Below are positions 37,280 to 47,301 of a DNA stretch of 64,000 bases, piece by piece. The DNA is from Sulfurimonas sp. GTDB taxonomy: Bacteria > Campylobacterota > Campylobacteria > Campylobacterales > Sulfurimonadaceae. Where the stretch lies: positions 29,079 to 93,078 of the forward strand of contig JADGEZ010000004.1 in assembly GCA_016744115.1 (NCBI GenBank), in the 5' to 3' direction. Position 1 is the stretch's first letter. Every line of letters starts with the position of its first letter. Both the position numbers and the translations under genes were made by a program. The notes under the pieces were generated by a model. That model had not been told where the DNA came from. It saw nothing but the letters and a program-made list of their open reading frames with translations, and searched no databases.

Positions 37280-37547
37280 TAAGTAATAGGGCATAAATAA
37301 CTTCATAGTTAATGAAAAGATACACTGCAAGGTACAAGGCGAAAGTTCGTAGGATCTACTAGTAGCTTTAAGAACTTTTAACGCAGTAGATTGTAGTGTA
37401 TCTTTTCACACTACGGGCATCATTTAAAAGGATTATCTTCTTCGTTGAACTTAACTTAACGATACTAGTATTGCCAAGTCAAATTCGCCTTGAATCTAAA
37501 CCTTTTAAATGATGTTAGCTATGAAGTTATTTATGTCCTATTACTTA
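37280..37547 (+). repeat. Full copy of the 268-bp nested-palindrome MITE-like element
   Basis: Same architecture as 28139-28406, with about a dozen differences. Occupies essentially the whole gap between the TAA at 37276-37278 (+ gene) and the stop at 37548-37550 (- gene). Confidence 0.9.
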
Positions 37548-40472
37548 TTAAATCTCTTGTACTACCTGAGTTAAATATTTATCTAACTCAATCTCCAAAA
37601 TATCAGTATTGATTGGTTTTGCAATAAATCCATCCATTCCTGCTTCCGTAAATCTTCTCTTATCACTATCTAAGGCACTTGCTGTTAAAGCTATGATTGG
37701 TGTTAAGATAAGAGATTTTTGAGCTTCGTATTCTTTTATCTCTAGCATTGCTTCTATCCCATTTTTGTTTGGCATATTCTCATCCATAAGTACCATATCA
37801 AATTTTTCTTTTTTAAATATACAAACCGCTTCAACCCCATCCTTAGCTACTGTATAATCTACCCCATAATCATCGAGTATCAAGCAAATAAGAATTTGGT
37901 TTGTTTTGTTGTCTTCTACAACTAAAATAGAACCTTTATATTGAATCTCACATTCTTCATCTGAAACTTCTAAATCATCTATTATGTTAATATTTTTAAT
38001 TTCACTATCATTGAGAGCTTGAATAATTGATTTTGGAATAAAAGGAGCATATAGTGCTTGGATATGCTCTATATTTGCTAATTTAATTGTATTTGATCTT
38101 AGCATTGCAATAGCAGGTATTTGAGCCTCAATAATCTCTATATTATATTCATCATCAGGAACAAAGAAAAGTAGATCATATCCATCTGTTTGATAAGTAT
38201 CTAGTTTAATAATATGTTCAACACCAAAGTCATTAAGATACTTTTGTATAAGATTGACACTTGATTTACATTCTTTACAGGTATTTAATATTGCAAATCG
38301 TAATTTTGACACACTTTGAGTATTGACAAGTTGCAGGGGATTTTTTTCAATAATCTCTATAGGTATTTCTAAAGTAAATGTCGATCCTTCTTCATTCTCA
38401 CTTTTTAAATTAAGTTCTCCACCCATTAAATTTGCTAGATTTAATGAGATAGAAAGTCCAAGCCCTGTTCCACCATATTTTCTAGTTGTTGATCCATCGG
38501 CTTGTTCAAATGCAGTAAAGATTTTTTTTTGATTTTCTTTAGAAATCCCTATTCCACTATCCTGTATAGAAATAATGAGAGCATCATCTTTAGTACTTAC
38601 AGTTACTTTTATTTCACCATTGGCAGGGGTAAATTTAATAGCATTACTGAGTAAATTAGATAAGATTTGTTTAACTCTCACCGAATCAATATTTATAGTT
38701 TTAGGTAAATTTGGATCTATATAAACAACATAAACGATGTGTTTTTCATAAGCTTTTGATGTGAAGAGCATAACTGCGTTACTAAACTCTTCAACACTTT
38801 GGACAGGATGTTTATCTATATGAAATTGTCCACTCTGAATTTTAGAAAAATCAAGAATGTCATTAATAATTGTGAGTAAAGATTGTCCACTTGTATAGAT
38901 AATATTAAGATAATTCAGAGGCTTTTCATCTTTTATCTGTTTTTTTAAAATACTTACAAAACCAAGGATAGCGTTAAGAGGTGTTCTTATCTCATGAGAC
39001 ATATTTGCTAAAAATTCATCTTTTACAACCTGAGCTTGGATCGCATCATCTCTTGCTGTTGTAATAACTTCTATCTGATTTTGAAGTTCTAGCGTTTGAT
39101 TAAAAACTTTATCTTCTAAAGATGTATTTAACCTTTCTAAACTATATGTTTGCTCTTTTATTTTAGCAGTTATGAGCTTTATAAGTTTATTCATAAACAC
39201 TTTTAATTCTTTAAGATTTGGGTGAATAGGGGATGAGTATAGTTTTTCTGAAAAATAACCATTTTGCATAAGCTGAACTACTTGAGTTGTCTCTGTAATG
39301 AACTCCATATCTTGTTCAAAATTTTCTTGTATTATAAGCATCTCTTTATTTATATTTTGAGCCATGTCATTGAGTTCATCTTTGGAATTTGTGTTTATTG
39401 GTAGAGGCAAAGTACTTCTAAAATATAAAAATTCATAAAAATTCTTGATACCTCCATCTAATTGTTTTATAGAATACTCAATTGTATTGGCTATATAATA
39501 ATTAGCATAAAATATCAAAAGAGTTATGATAGAAATAAAAGCAATTAATGCATATAATGCGAATCTTAAACTTTCTTGCTCATCTTCAATCGCTAAATAA
39601 ATCTCGCTAAATAGATCATGCCCAAAAGCATGAAATTCATTTATTTTTTGTGTTGATACATTAAACCATTTTGGTGCATCTATTGAAAAGTGATTATGAG
39701 TAATTTCGTATCTTGTTTGTATCAGGTATGATTCTTCAAACTTTTTATGAATATTTATAAGTGACTGAGAAAATGAAGAGTGTTCTAGTAGATTATTAAC
39801 ATACTTGTAATGCTTCTTTTGTTGATTGATTAAATTATTAAGTTTATATATTGTTTGCTGAGAAACATCTTGTGATTTTATGATCCCTAATACAAAAGCC
39901 CTTTCTTGACCAGCAATTTCTTGAAGTTCAAGGAGTTGTTGTACCGCTAAAATATAAGTAGCAATAAGTTCATTACCAGAGTTAATTCTTAGACTATCTA
40001 TAAAGTTTAGCAAACTATTGTTAAACGCTGTATAATATTTATATCCATCAATTTGTAGTATATTTTTCGTATCAATATTAGTTCTTATTTTTTTTAGTTT
40101 TTTTGCATGCAATTGGCACTCTTGAAATAGCTTTAAGTGTGCTTTTGTTAAGAATTTTGAATCTTTTATATTGGATGTGAATACTAGAACATTATTGTCT
40201 GTATTATTTCTATGTTCTTGAAGCTTATTTATAAAATAATCTGATTTTTTATAATTATGATATGCTTTACTCAAACCTCTTTCAATTTGTATCCTGTGCA
40301 TTAAATCACTAGATTTTTCAATTAAATCTGCATGTACTATAAATTTTGTATTTGATTGTAAATGTGTATAATACGAATATATGAAGTTAGAAGAAAGTAG
40401 CAAGAGTGCTAAAACTGGAAATATCGTAATTACAAGTAATTTTTGCTTTATTTTTAAAGTTAAAAGTTTCAT
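37548..40472 (-). CDS. Hybrid sensor histidine kinase/response regulator with periplasmic NIT-like (nitrate/nitrite-sensing) domain
   Basis: TM helix, then IQIERGLSKAY and ELQEIAGQERAFVLG (NIT-type ERG motifs), a second TM, HAMP-like region, H-box FLANMSHEIRTPLNAI, N/G boxes (LSNAIKFTP, DSGIGI, GGTGLGLSI), a degenerate receiver-like spacer, and REC (ILVVEDNKTNQ..VLMDENMPNKNG..ALTAS). I prefer the start at M32 (40472). Confidence 0.8.
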   Translation of the reverse strand: MKLLTLKIKQKLLVITIFPVLALLLLSSNFIYSYYTHLQSNTKFIVHADLIEKSSDLMHRIQIERGLSKAYHNYKKSDYFINKLQEHRNNTDNNVLVFTSNIKDSKFLTKAHLKLFQECQLHAKKLKKIRTNIDTKNILQIDGYKYYTAFNNSLLNFIDSLRINSGNELIATYILAVQQLLELQEIAGQERAFVLGIIKSQDVSQQTIYKLNNLINQQKKHYKYVNNLLEHSSFSQSLINIHKKFEESYLIQTRYEITHNHFSIDAPKWFNVSTQKINEFHAFGHDLFSEIYLAIEDEQESLRFALYALIAFISIITLLIFYANYYIANTIEYSIKQLDGGIKNFYEFLYFRSTLPLPINTNSKDELNDMAQNINKEMLIIQENFEQDMEFITETTQVVQLMQNGYFSEKLYSSPIHPNLKELKVFMNKLIKLITAKIKEQTYSLERLNTSLEDKVFNQTLELQNQIEVITTARDDAIQAQVVKDEFLANMSHEIRTPLNAILGFVSILKKQIKDEKPLNYLNIIYTSGQSLLTIINDILDFSKIQSGQFHIDKHPVQSVEEFSNAVMLFTSKAYEKHIVYVVYIDPNLPKTINIDSVRVKQILSNLLSNAIKFTPANGEIKVTVSTKDDALIISIQDSGIGISKENQKKIFTAFEQADGSTTRKYGGTGLGLSISLNLANLMGGELNLKSENEEGSTFTLEIPIEIIEKNPLQLVNTQSVSKLRFAILNTCKECKSSVNLIQKYLNDFGVEHIIKLDTYQTDGYDLLFFVPDDEYNIEIIEAQIPAIAMLRSNTIKLANIEHIQALYAPFIPKSIIQALNDSEIKNINIIDDLEVSDEECEIQYKGSILVVEDNKTNQILICLILDDYGVDYTVAKDGVEAVCIFKKEKFDMVLMDENMPNKNGIEAMLEIKEYEAQKSLILTPIIALTASALDSDKRRFTEAGMDGFIAKPINTDILEIELDKYLTQVVQEI

Positions 40473-40716
40473 TATTTTTCTTTTGTAGTGTAATTTCAGA
40501 TTATTCTTGAAGCTGACTTTAAACCAGAAATTTACAAAGTCAAGCTTTAGATAAAATCGCTCCAAATTTAACTTAATGGAACATCCATATTATAGCCGAG
40601 TATTTGCTATAAATCAAATTTATTTTTACTCAATATTTTCCTATTTTAATCTATTACATACTCTCAATTTAAAATGTTCTATTGATAAAAGACTAATTAC
40701 CTACAGTTATTAATAC

Positions 40717-41487
40717 TCACTGAAAAGAAGTACCACCATCAATGACAATAGTTTGACCAGTGAGCCAGCTAGAGTTGTTCTCACAAAGAAAAACACACGC
40801 ACCTGTCAAATCTGTTGCATCACCCATACGAGAAAGAGGAGAGCGTTTTACAACCTCTGATTTCACCTCTTCATAATTTGGAAATGCTTTAAGCGCATCG
40901 GTGTCAATTGGACCACCGCTTACTGCATTTACACGGATATTTTTCTCTCCGAGTTCAGCGGCTGCGTATTTTACCATTGTCTCAACTGCTGCTTTGTTTG
41001 TGCCATGACCAGAATAGTTTGGAGTATATACAAGGTTTCCAGTTGAACTCATTGAGATGATAGAACCACCACCAACTTTTTCTATTCTTTTTGCAGCTTC
41101 TTGCGCTCCTACAACAAAGGCAGAAACAGTAGCTGTCCAGATATTTGTAAGGCCTTTAGGTTTAAGTCTCATAAAAGGAGCAAAGCCACCAACAACCGAA
41201 CGACCAGAAATGATAGCATTGGAGATGAAAAAATCTAATCTATCAAAGTCTTCATCAAACTCTTTATACACATCTTTGTATGTAAGTGGTTCTAAAATAT
41301 CTAGTTTGTAAGCACGACTTTTGATACCATACTTTTCCTCTACATCTGCGATGATTTCATCTGCTATATCAGCATTTGAAGCATAGGTAAATGCAACATT
41401 ACATCCACGCTGTGCAAATGCATAAACGATAGCTTTACCAATTCCACGAGTACCACCAGATACAAATAGGGTTTTTCCTTTTAACAT
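40717..41487 (-). CDS. SDR-family oxidoreductase, FabL-like enoyl-[ACP] reductase
   Basis: LFVSGGTRGIGKAI, and NAVSGGPIDTDALKAFPNYEEV..GQTIVIDGG closely parallels B. subtilis FabL ([29 protein letters not shown]). Confidence 0.6.
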   Translation of the reverse strand: MLKGKTLFVSGGTRGIGKAIVYAFAQRGCNVAFTYASNADIADEIIADVEEKYGIKSRAYKLDILEPLTYKDVYKEFDEDFDRLDFFISNAIISGRSVVGGFAPFMRLKPKGLTNIWTATVSAFVVGAQEAAKRIEKVGGGSIISMSSTGNLVYTPNYSGHGTNKAAVETMVKYAAAELGEKNIRVNAVSGGPIDTDALKAFPNYEEVKSEVVKRSPLSRMGDATDLTGACVFLCENNSSWLTGQTIVIDGGTSFQ

Positions 41488-41488
41488 A

Positions 41489-42382
41489 CTATAATCCTTT
41501 AATCTCATAATTTTTCATAACTTCTTGGATTTTTTTCATGCTCTCTAAAGAGGGAGCAACTAGAGGAAGTCTATACTCTAGTGTTGGTATTAGTCCTGCT
41601 ATATACATAGCGGCTTTGATTGGCATCGGATTTGCTTCACAAAACATCACCGAATTAAGAGGATAAAGCATATTATTGATAGCTTTAGCACCTAAAAAAT
41701 CACCAGCTAGGGCTAATCTTACAAGCTCACTTTTTAAATCTGGCATCAAGTTTGAAGTAACAGAAGTAATCCCAGCTCCACCATTGGCTAAGATTGGGTA
41801 ATCAATGGTATCATCACCAGAAAACACTTTAAGCTCAGGTCTTTGAGAGAGCAGGGCAATAGTTCTTTCTAAACTGCCAGTTGCCTCTTTAATTCCGTAA
41901 ATATTTTTAACATCATCAAAGAGTCTGATAACAGTCTGGGGCAAGATATCACTCACTGTACGACCGGGTACATTGTAAAGCATAAAGCCAAGATCAGGAA
42001 CGGACTCAGCAATCGTTTTATAATGCTGATAAATTCCTTCTTGCGAGGGTTTGTTATAATAAGGGGCAACGGAAAAAATCGCATCTACTCCACAAGCAAG
42101 AGCTCTTTTTGCAGTATTTATCGCCTCAGCTGTAGAGTTACTTCCAGCACCTGCAAGAACTTTAGTATTTGTCCCCTTGCAAACTTCAACTGCAATTTCC
42201 ATACATAGAATATCTTCATCCACACTAAGAGTAGCACTCTCGCCCGTTGTTCCAACAGGACAAACTGCGTCCATACCATTGTTTATTTGTCTTTGTACTA
42301 GAGCCGCATAAGTTTGCTCATCGAGTTTACCATTTTTAAATGGGGTTATAAGTGCTGTTGAAGAACCTGTTACTATATCCAT
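41489..42382 (-). CDS. dapA: 4-hydroxy-tetrahydrodipicolinate synthase
   Basis: TALITPF, GTTGES, YNVPGRT and IKEATG (Schiff-base Lys) motifs. Confidence 0.92.
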   Translation of the reverse strand: MDIVTGSSTALITPFKNGKLDEQTYAALVQRQINNGMDAVCPVGTTGESATLSVDEDILCMEIAVEVCKGTNTKVLAGAGSNSTAEAINTAKRALACGVDAIFSVAPYYNKPSQEGIYQHYKTIAESVPDLGFMLYNVPGRTVSDILPQTVIRLFDDVKNIYGIKEATGSLERTIALLSQRPELKVFSGDDTIDYPILANGGAGITSVTSNLMPDLKSELVRLALAGDFLGAKAINNMLYPLNSVMFCEANPMPIKAAMYIAGLIPTLEYRLPLVAPSLESMKKIQEVMKNYEIKGL

Positions 42383-42592
42383 CGTTTATTAGCCTTTGTT
42401 GAAATAATATCTAATTGTATCTAATTTTTTTAAAATCTTAATAACTCACATTTGACTTTTTAATCAACTTTTCATAGCATTATTGATATAATTGGAGAGT
42501 TTATGTAAATAGCCTTGATTGAAATTTTTCATAAGTGCTCAAAAATACAGGAGCTTTAGCAGAAGTCTAATAGATAAAATTAAAGAAGTTAT

Positions 42593-43753
42593 ATGAAAAT
42601 AAATAAATTTTTAACCTTATCCGTAATCGTTCTAAGTCTTTGTACTTTTTACTTCCTAAAAGTAGAAAAAATTTATGAAAATGATGCGATAGTTCTAGGT
42701 CAAAGTTGTGCACTGAGTGGACCTGCTAAAAATCTTGGGAATAATATGATGAAAGGTGCTAAGGCATACTTTAATCATACGAATGACAATGGAGGCATAT
42801 ATTCAAGAAAGATTTCTTTGATAAGTTATGATGATTGCTATGAACCTCTTTATGCTATTAAGAATACAAGAAAGTTAATTAATAAAGACAAAGTATTTAG
42901 CCTATTTGGTGAAGTTGGTACACCTACATCCTTAGCCGTAACCTCACTATCTAAAAAAGAAAAAGTCCCTTTTATAACACCCTTTACTGGAGCAGAATTT
43001 TTACGAGCAGAAGGTGAAACAAACTTTATAAACTTAAGAGCGAGTTATTATATGGAAACTGATGCTATTGTTGAGTATTTAGTGGAAGATAAAGGTATAA
43101 GAGAAATCTCTATTTTGTATCAAAATGATGCTTATGGAAAGGCTGGTTATAAAGGTGTTATCAAAGCAATGAAAGCGAGAAATTTAGAGCTTCTCTCTAG
43201 TACACGGTATCGTAGAAATAGTTTATCCTACTTTAATTCATTTAATATTTTAAAAGTTACAAATCCTAAAGCGATTATTATCATAGGAGCATACAAACAA
43301 AGTGCAGGTTTTATCAAACATGCAAAAAATAATGGTATGAAAAGCACTTTATTTTGTAACATATCCTTTGTTGGAAGCAAAGCCCTTATTAATGAATTAG
43401 GGGATGAAACCGATAATGTAATTATCTCTCAGGTTGTTCCATTACCTTTTGATACATCGCATGTAGCTGTGAAGGAGTATCAAGAAATATTTCATCATTA
43501 TTATCCAAATGATAGTTTTGGCTTTGTAAGTTTAGAAGGATTTTTGAGTGCTAAGCTAGCAGTAAAAGCTCTTCTCTTGGCTGGTGAAAAGCTAAATAGA
43601 AAAAACTTTCTTAATGCATTTAAAAAACTTCCGTTAGATACACTAGAAGGTTTTAAAATTTCAATGAGTAAAAATGATAATCAAGCTTTAGATAATGTGT
43701 ATTTAACTACTTATAAGGATGAAAAGTTTGTTCAGATTAAGGTTATAGAATAA
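42593..43753 (+). CDS. Periplasmic ligand-binding protein, type I (Leu/Ile/Val-binding-like) fold
   Basis: Signal/anchor helix. LGQSCALSGPA, DDCYEP and FGEVGTP are typical of Peripla_BP_6-type proteins. The stop overlaps the start of the downstream kinase (TAATG). Confidence 0.7.
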   Translation: MKINKFLTLSVIVLSLCTFYFLKVEKIYENDAIVLGQSCALSGPAKNLGNNMMKGAKAYFNHTNDNGGIYSRKISLISYDDCYEPLYAIKNTRKLINKDKVFSLFGEVGTPTSLAVTSLSKKEKVPFITPFTGAEFLRAEGETNFINLRASYYMETDAIVEYLVEDKGIREISILYQNDAYGKAGYKGVIKAMKARNLELLSSTRYRRNSLSYFNSFNILKVTNPKAIIIIGAYKQSAGFIKHAKNNGMKSTLFCNISFVGSKALINELGDETDNVIISQVVPLPFDTSHVAVKEYQEIFHHYYPNDSFGFVSLEGFLSAKLAVKALLLAGEKLNRKNFLNAFKKLPLDTLEGFKISMSKNDNQALDNVYLTTYKDEKFVQIKVIE

Positions 43754-45597
43754 TGAAAAAAAATAATCCATTTAATAAATATTTTTTCTTTATCAAAGTT
43801 CTTTTTATTCTTGTGATTTGTGTGAGCTTTTTGATGACATATTTGGTGGAAAAAAAAGAGAACTTACTTTTTAACTCTATGATTGAAAAGTATATTCAAC
43901 CAAGCGAAATGCTCAATGAATTAAAAAATATTTATGATATAAATATACTTGAAACCCTTTATATTGTGAATGCTAAGATGGTAAGTCATACTGATGCGAT
44001 AGATATTTTAGTCTTATCAAAAAAGTTGATTGATTCAAATTGGGACAAATATTACAGTCCTCATCTTATCATTAAAAGTGGATATAGCAAAGATGAGATT
44101 AAAAATATAGAGAATTTTCGTAAAAACATGAACCGTGTAAATGAACAAATTAATATTTTAGTTGAAAAAATTCATAACTCAGATTCAAAAGATGTAAACC
44201 TTTTTATAAATACTATTTTAACTCCAAATATTTATAAGGTAAAATATTTACTTGATGACATTAGTATAGATAATTTGTTCAAGATTAGAATATCTAAAAA
44301 AATGATTGAAGATTCAGGTGATATGTTTGTATTTGGCTCTTTTATAATTATTTTTTTAGTGACGCTAGTTTTATTTGCTATTTTAAACCTAATAGGCAAA
44401 AAGATGAACACTCTTAACAATGAACTTATGAATCAAGCACAAGAATTAGAAATAGCGATGAATGTTAAGTCGAATTTTTTAGCGAATATGTCACATGAAA
44501 TTAGAACTCCAATGAATGCTATTTTAGGTTTTATAAGTATTTTAAAAGAGAAAGAAACAAACCAAGAAAAATTAAAATATATCAATATTGTGTTAAATGC
44601 TGGAAAGTCTCTAATTAATATCATTAGTGATATTTTAGATTATTCTAAAATAGAAAGTGGAAATTTTGTTATCAATAATGTTTGCTTTAAAGTCTTTACT
44701 CAATTTGATGAATCCATAGAATTATACTTAGAGCTCGCAAAAGAAAAAAATATTTCATTAGTAACTGAGTATTCAGCAAATGTACCAAAATATATGATGG
44801 GTGATAACTTGAGAATGAAGCAAGTTATAAATAATTTACTAAGTAATGCTATTAAGTTTAGCAAAAATAATTCTGTTGTAAATATACTCTTAAATTACAA
44901 TGAGGCTAAAGACCAACTTTGTTGCCATATCGTCGATTCTGGGATAGGGATGACTCAAGAAGACACTCAAAAACTATTTACAGCATTTACTCAGGTAGGC
45001 AATGCTAAAGTAGGTATTAGTGGAGGTACTGGGCTTGGATTATCTATATCAAAAAATCTTTTAGCCTTAATGAATGGTGAAATATTTGTTGATTCTATTT
45101 TAGGTAAGGGGAGTAATTTTTATTTCATATTACCAGTATTTAGTGATTATTGCAAAGAAGAACTGATAGAAGAAAAACTAGAAGAGATTCTTGATGAAGC
45201 TATAGATGAGCTTTGCTATGAAAATTTGAATGTACTCATAGTAGAAGATAATAAAACAAATCAAATGCTTTTAAAAATAATTTTTGATGATTTAGGTGCA
45301 AGTAGTATGCTTGCAAATCATGGACAAGAAGCGGTAGATTTATTTAAAGAAAGTCCGAAATATGATTTGATATTGATGGATGAGAATATGCCTATAATGA
45401 ATGGGAGTGAAGCTACCATAGAAATTAGAAAGATAGAAAAAGAGAAAATTTTAGAAGAAACTATCATTATAGCCGTTACTGCAAATGCGATGGAGGGCGA
45501 TAAAGAAAAATTCTTATCCGTAGGTATGAACGATTACCTTTCAAAGCCTATGGATAAAGAAAAGTTACTTGAACTTATAAACAGCTACTGTTTATAA
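43753..45597 (+). CDS. Hybrid sensor histidine kinase/response regulator
   Basis: Two TMs, H-box FLANMSHEIRTPMNAI, LSNAIKFS, DSGIGM, GGTGLGLSI, and REC (VLIVEDNKTNQ..ILMDENMPIMNG..AVTAN). Confidence 0.85.
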   Translation: MKKNNPFNKYFFFIKVLFILVICVSFLMTYLVEKKENLLFNSMIEKYIQPSEMLNELKNIYDINILETLYIVNAKMVSHTDAIDILVLSKKLIDSNWDKYYSPHLIIKSGYSKDEIKNIENFRKNMNRVNEQINILVEKIHNSDSKDVNLFINTILTPNIYKVKYLLDDISIDNLFKIRISKKMIEDSGDMFVFGSFIIIFLVTLVLFAILNLIGKKMNTLNNELMNQAQELEIAMNVKSNFLANMSHEIRTPMNAILGFISILKEKETNQEKLKYINIVLNAGKSLINIISDILDYSKIESGNFVINNVCFKVFTQFDESIELYLELAKEKNISLVTEYSANVPKYMMGDNLRMKQVINNLLSNAIKFSKNNSVVNILLNYNEAKDQLCCHIVDSGIGMTQEDTQKLFTAFTQVGNAKVGISGGTGLGLSISKNLLALMNGEIFVDSILGKGSNFYFILPVFSDYCKEELIEEKLEEILDEAIDELCYENLNVLIVEDNKTNQMLLKIIFDDLGASSMLANHGQEAVDLFKESPKYDLILMDENMPIMNGSEATIEIRKIEKEKILEETIIIAVTANAMEGDKEKFLSVGMNDYLSKPMDKEKLLELINSYCL

Positions 45598-46101
45598 GTT
45601 TTCTATTGTTTTAACAAGTTCTTCTTTCGTTGTAATAGTCTCTATTTTTGATATTTTTTGTGCATCTAAATAGACTACAATAATTTTTTGCGTATCAATT
45701 TTTGCTTTAAAAGGGGCAGCTACTTCTTTTTCATTGAAAAGCAAAACAGTGTGTTTGAAATCTTTTAGTCCAGGAAGAATAAACATACTTTTTATGATAG
45801 AAGGTGCAGAACTTACATCTGCAACAAATTGAGTCTTATTATCAGCTAAGTATGAAGCTTCTTTTGTTTGGAGGTAGTCATTTGCAATATGTGCCATATC
45901 TTTTGAAAAAGCAAAAATTACTTTTGTAGTTTTTGTATCAAGTGTATGAGCCTTGTCAAATTGATCTTTAAGTGAAAGCTTCAAAGATTTACCTACAACT
46001 AGTGCTGGTTCTATATTTGGGTCAATTTCTTTGTCTGAACTACAGCCTATTAAAAGTAGAGTAGTTAGAAGTCCTAGTAGTGTTTTATGAATTATTTTCA
46101 T
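45592..46101 (-). CDS. Hypothetical lipoprotein
   Basis: Lipobox LLLIGC. 169 aa. No recognised family. Confidence 0.5.
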   Translation of the reverse strand: MKIIHKTLLGLLTTLLLIGCSSDKEIDPNIEPALVVGKSLKLSLKDQFDKAHTLDTKTTKVIFAFSKDMAHIANDYLQTKEASYLADNKTQFVADVSSAPSIIKSMFILPGLKDFKHTVLLFNEKEVAAPFKAKIDTQKIIVVYLDAQKISKIETITTKEELVKTIENL

Positions 46102-46260
46102 TGTATCTCCGATTAATTTTTGAAATGATACAGAAGTAAGATTGTAACTATTCTATAAATAGAATGTAGTTTATTTGATTAATAAATACTAAAGATTTTT
46201 TTAAGAATATATTTATAAGTAATTGCTATACTTAACTAAATATACTTTGGAGGTTTTATC

Positions 46261-46542
46261 ATGAAATATTTAAAACTAGCTACTATGATAAGTGCTACAA
46301 TACTAAGTACTTTTTTACAAGCAGGGATAGAAGAAGGAAAGGTGCTTTTTAAAGAAGCTGACTGTATGCGATGTCATAAAACTGTAGACTTTAAACATAG
46401 AGAAGATAAGATAAATAGTTATCTTATCTTATCAAGAAGTGTTAAAGCCTGTGCTCGAAATAGTGCAGCTCCATGGTTTGATGAAGATGATGAAAGTGTT
46501 ACAGAGTATTTAAACAAGAAATACTATCATTATAAAAAGTAA
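46261..46542 (+). CDS. Small periplasmic monohaem c-type cytochrome-like protein
   Basis: Signal peptide plus a single CMRCH (CxxCH) haem-binding motif. Confidence 0.55.
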   Translation: MKYLKLATMISATILSTFLQAGIEEGKVLFKEADCMRCHKTVDFKHREDKINSYLILSRSVKACARNSAAPWFDEDDESVTEYLNKKYYHYKK

Positions 46543-46544
46543 GT

Positions 46545-47300
46545 TTATTTTTTACTTTTTTGTATTTTATCTATAGTCTTTTGTATTGAACTTATTCTAT
46601 TGTCATCACTTGGGTGAGTTGAGAGAAATTCGGTAGGAGCTTCACCTTTGGCAGCTTTCATATTTTGCCAAAATTTTGTAGCTTCATTCATATCGTAACC
46701 AGCTTTATACATTAGGTGTATTCCTATCTCATCTGCTTCATGTTCATGACTTCTACTAAATGGAAGCATTACTCCATACTTAGCACCATATCCATAAGCC
46801 ATACTAAAGGCACTAGAATATTCTGGAGCAGCTGCACCTAAAAGTAAGCTTCCTAACTGTTGTACGCCAGAAGAGATTTTTTGATGACTCATTCTCTCCG
46901 CTCCATGACGAGCAAGTGCATGAGCAACTTCATGTGCCATTACGGTTGCTAACTGATCGTCATTTTTAGCCATTTGAAGAATCCCAGTATATACAACAAC
47001 CTTGCCACCAGGCATACACCAAGCATTTACTTGTTTATCATCAATAAGATTAAATTCCCATTGAAAGTTTGGCTTATTAGCAGCTTTTGCAATGCGGTTA
47101 CCGATTGTTTTAATACGCTGTGTTTGAGCTTTGTCTTTAGAAATTTTAGCCTTAGCTATAAACTCTTTATAACTTTTTGCACCCATGGCATGTTCTTCGC
47201 CCTCAGACATAAAAACAACTTGATTTCTATCTGTAACAGGTGCTTTTCCTAGACATCCACTGAGTAGAAGTGCAAAGAGTATTGTGTATATATATTTCAT
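46545..47300 (-). CDS. M48-family zinc metallopeptidase lipoprotein
   Basis: Lipobox LLLSGC. HEVAHALARH (HExxH) and a downstream E..E.EAD motif. Confidence 0.8.
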   Translation of the reverse strand: MKYIYTILFALLLSGCLGKAPVTDRNQVVFMSEGEEHAMGAKSYKEFIAKAKISKDKAQTQRIKTIGNRIAKAANKPNFQWEFNLIDDKQVNAWCMPGGKVVVYTGILQMAKNDDQLATVMAHEVAHALARHGAERMSHQKISSGVQQLGSLLLGAAAPEYSSAFSMAYGYGAKYGVMLPFSRSHEHEADEIGIHLMYKAGYDMNEATKFWQNMKAAKGEAPTEFLSTHPSDDNRISSIQKTIDKIQKSKK

Positions 47301-47301
47301 T

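Noticed and set aside
40473-40565. 31-codon N-terminal extension of the NIT kinase ORF
   Set aside because: The extension (MERFYLKLDFVNFWFKVSF..) precedes a classic Met-Lys-hydrophobic TM start at 40472, so it is probably untranslated.
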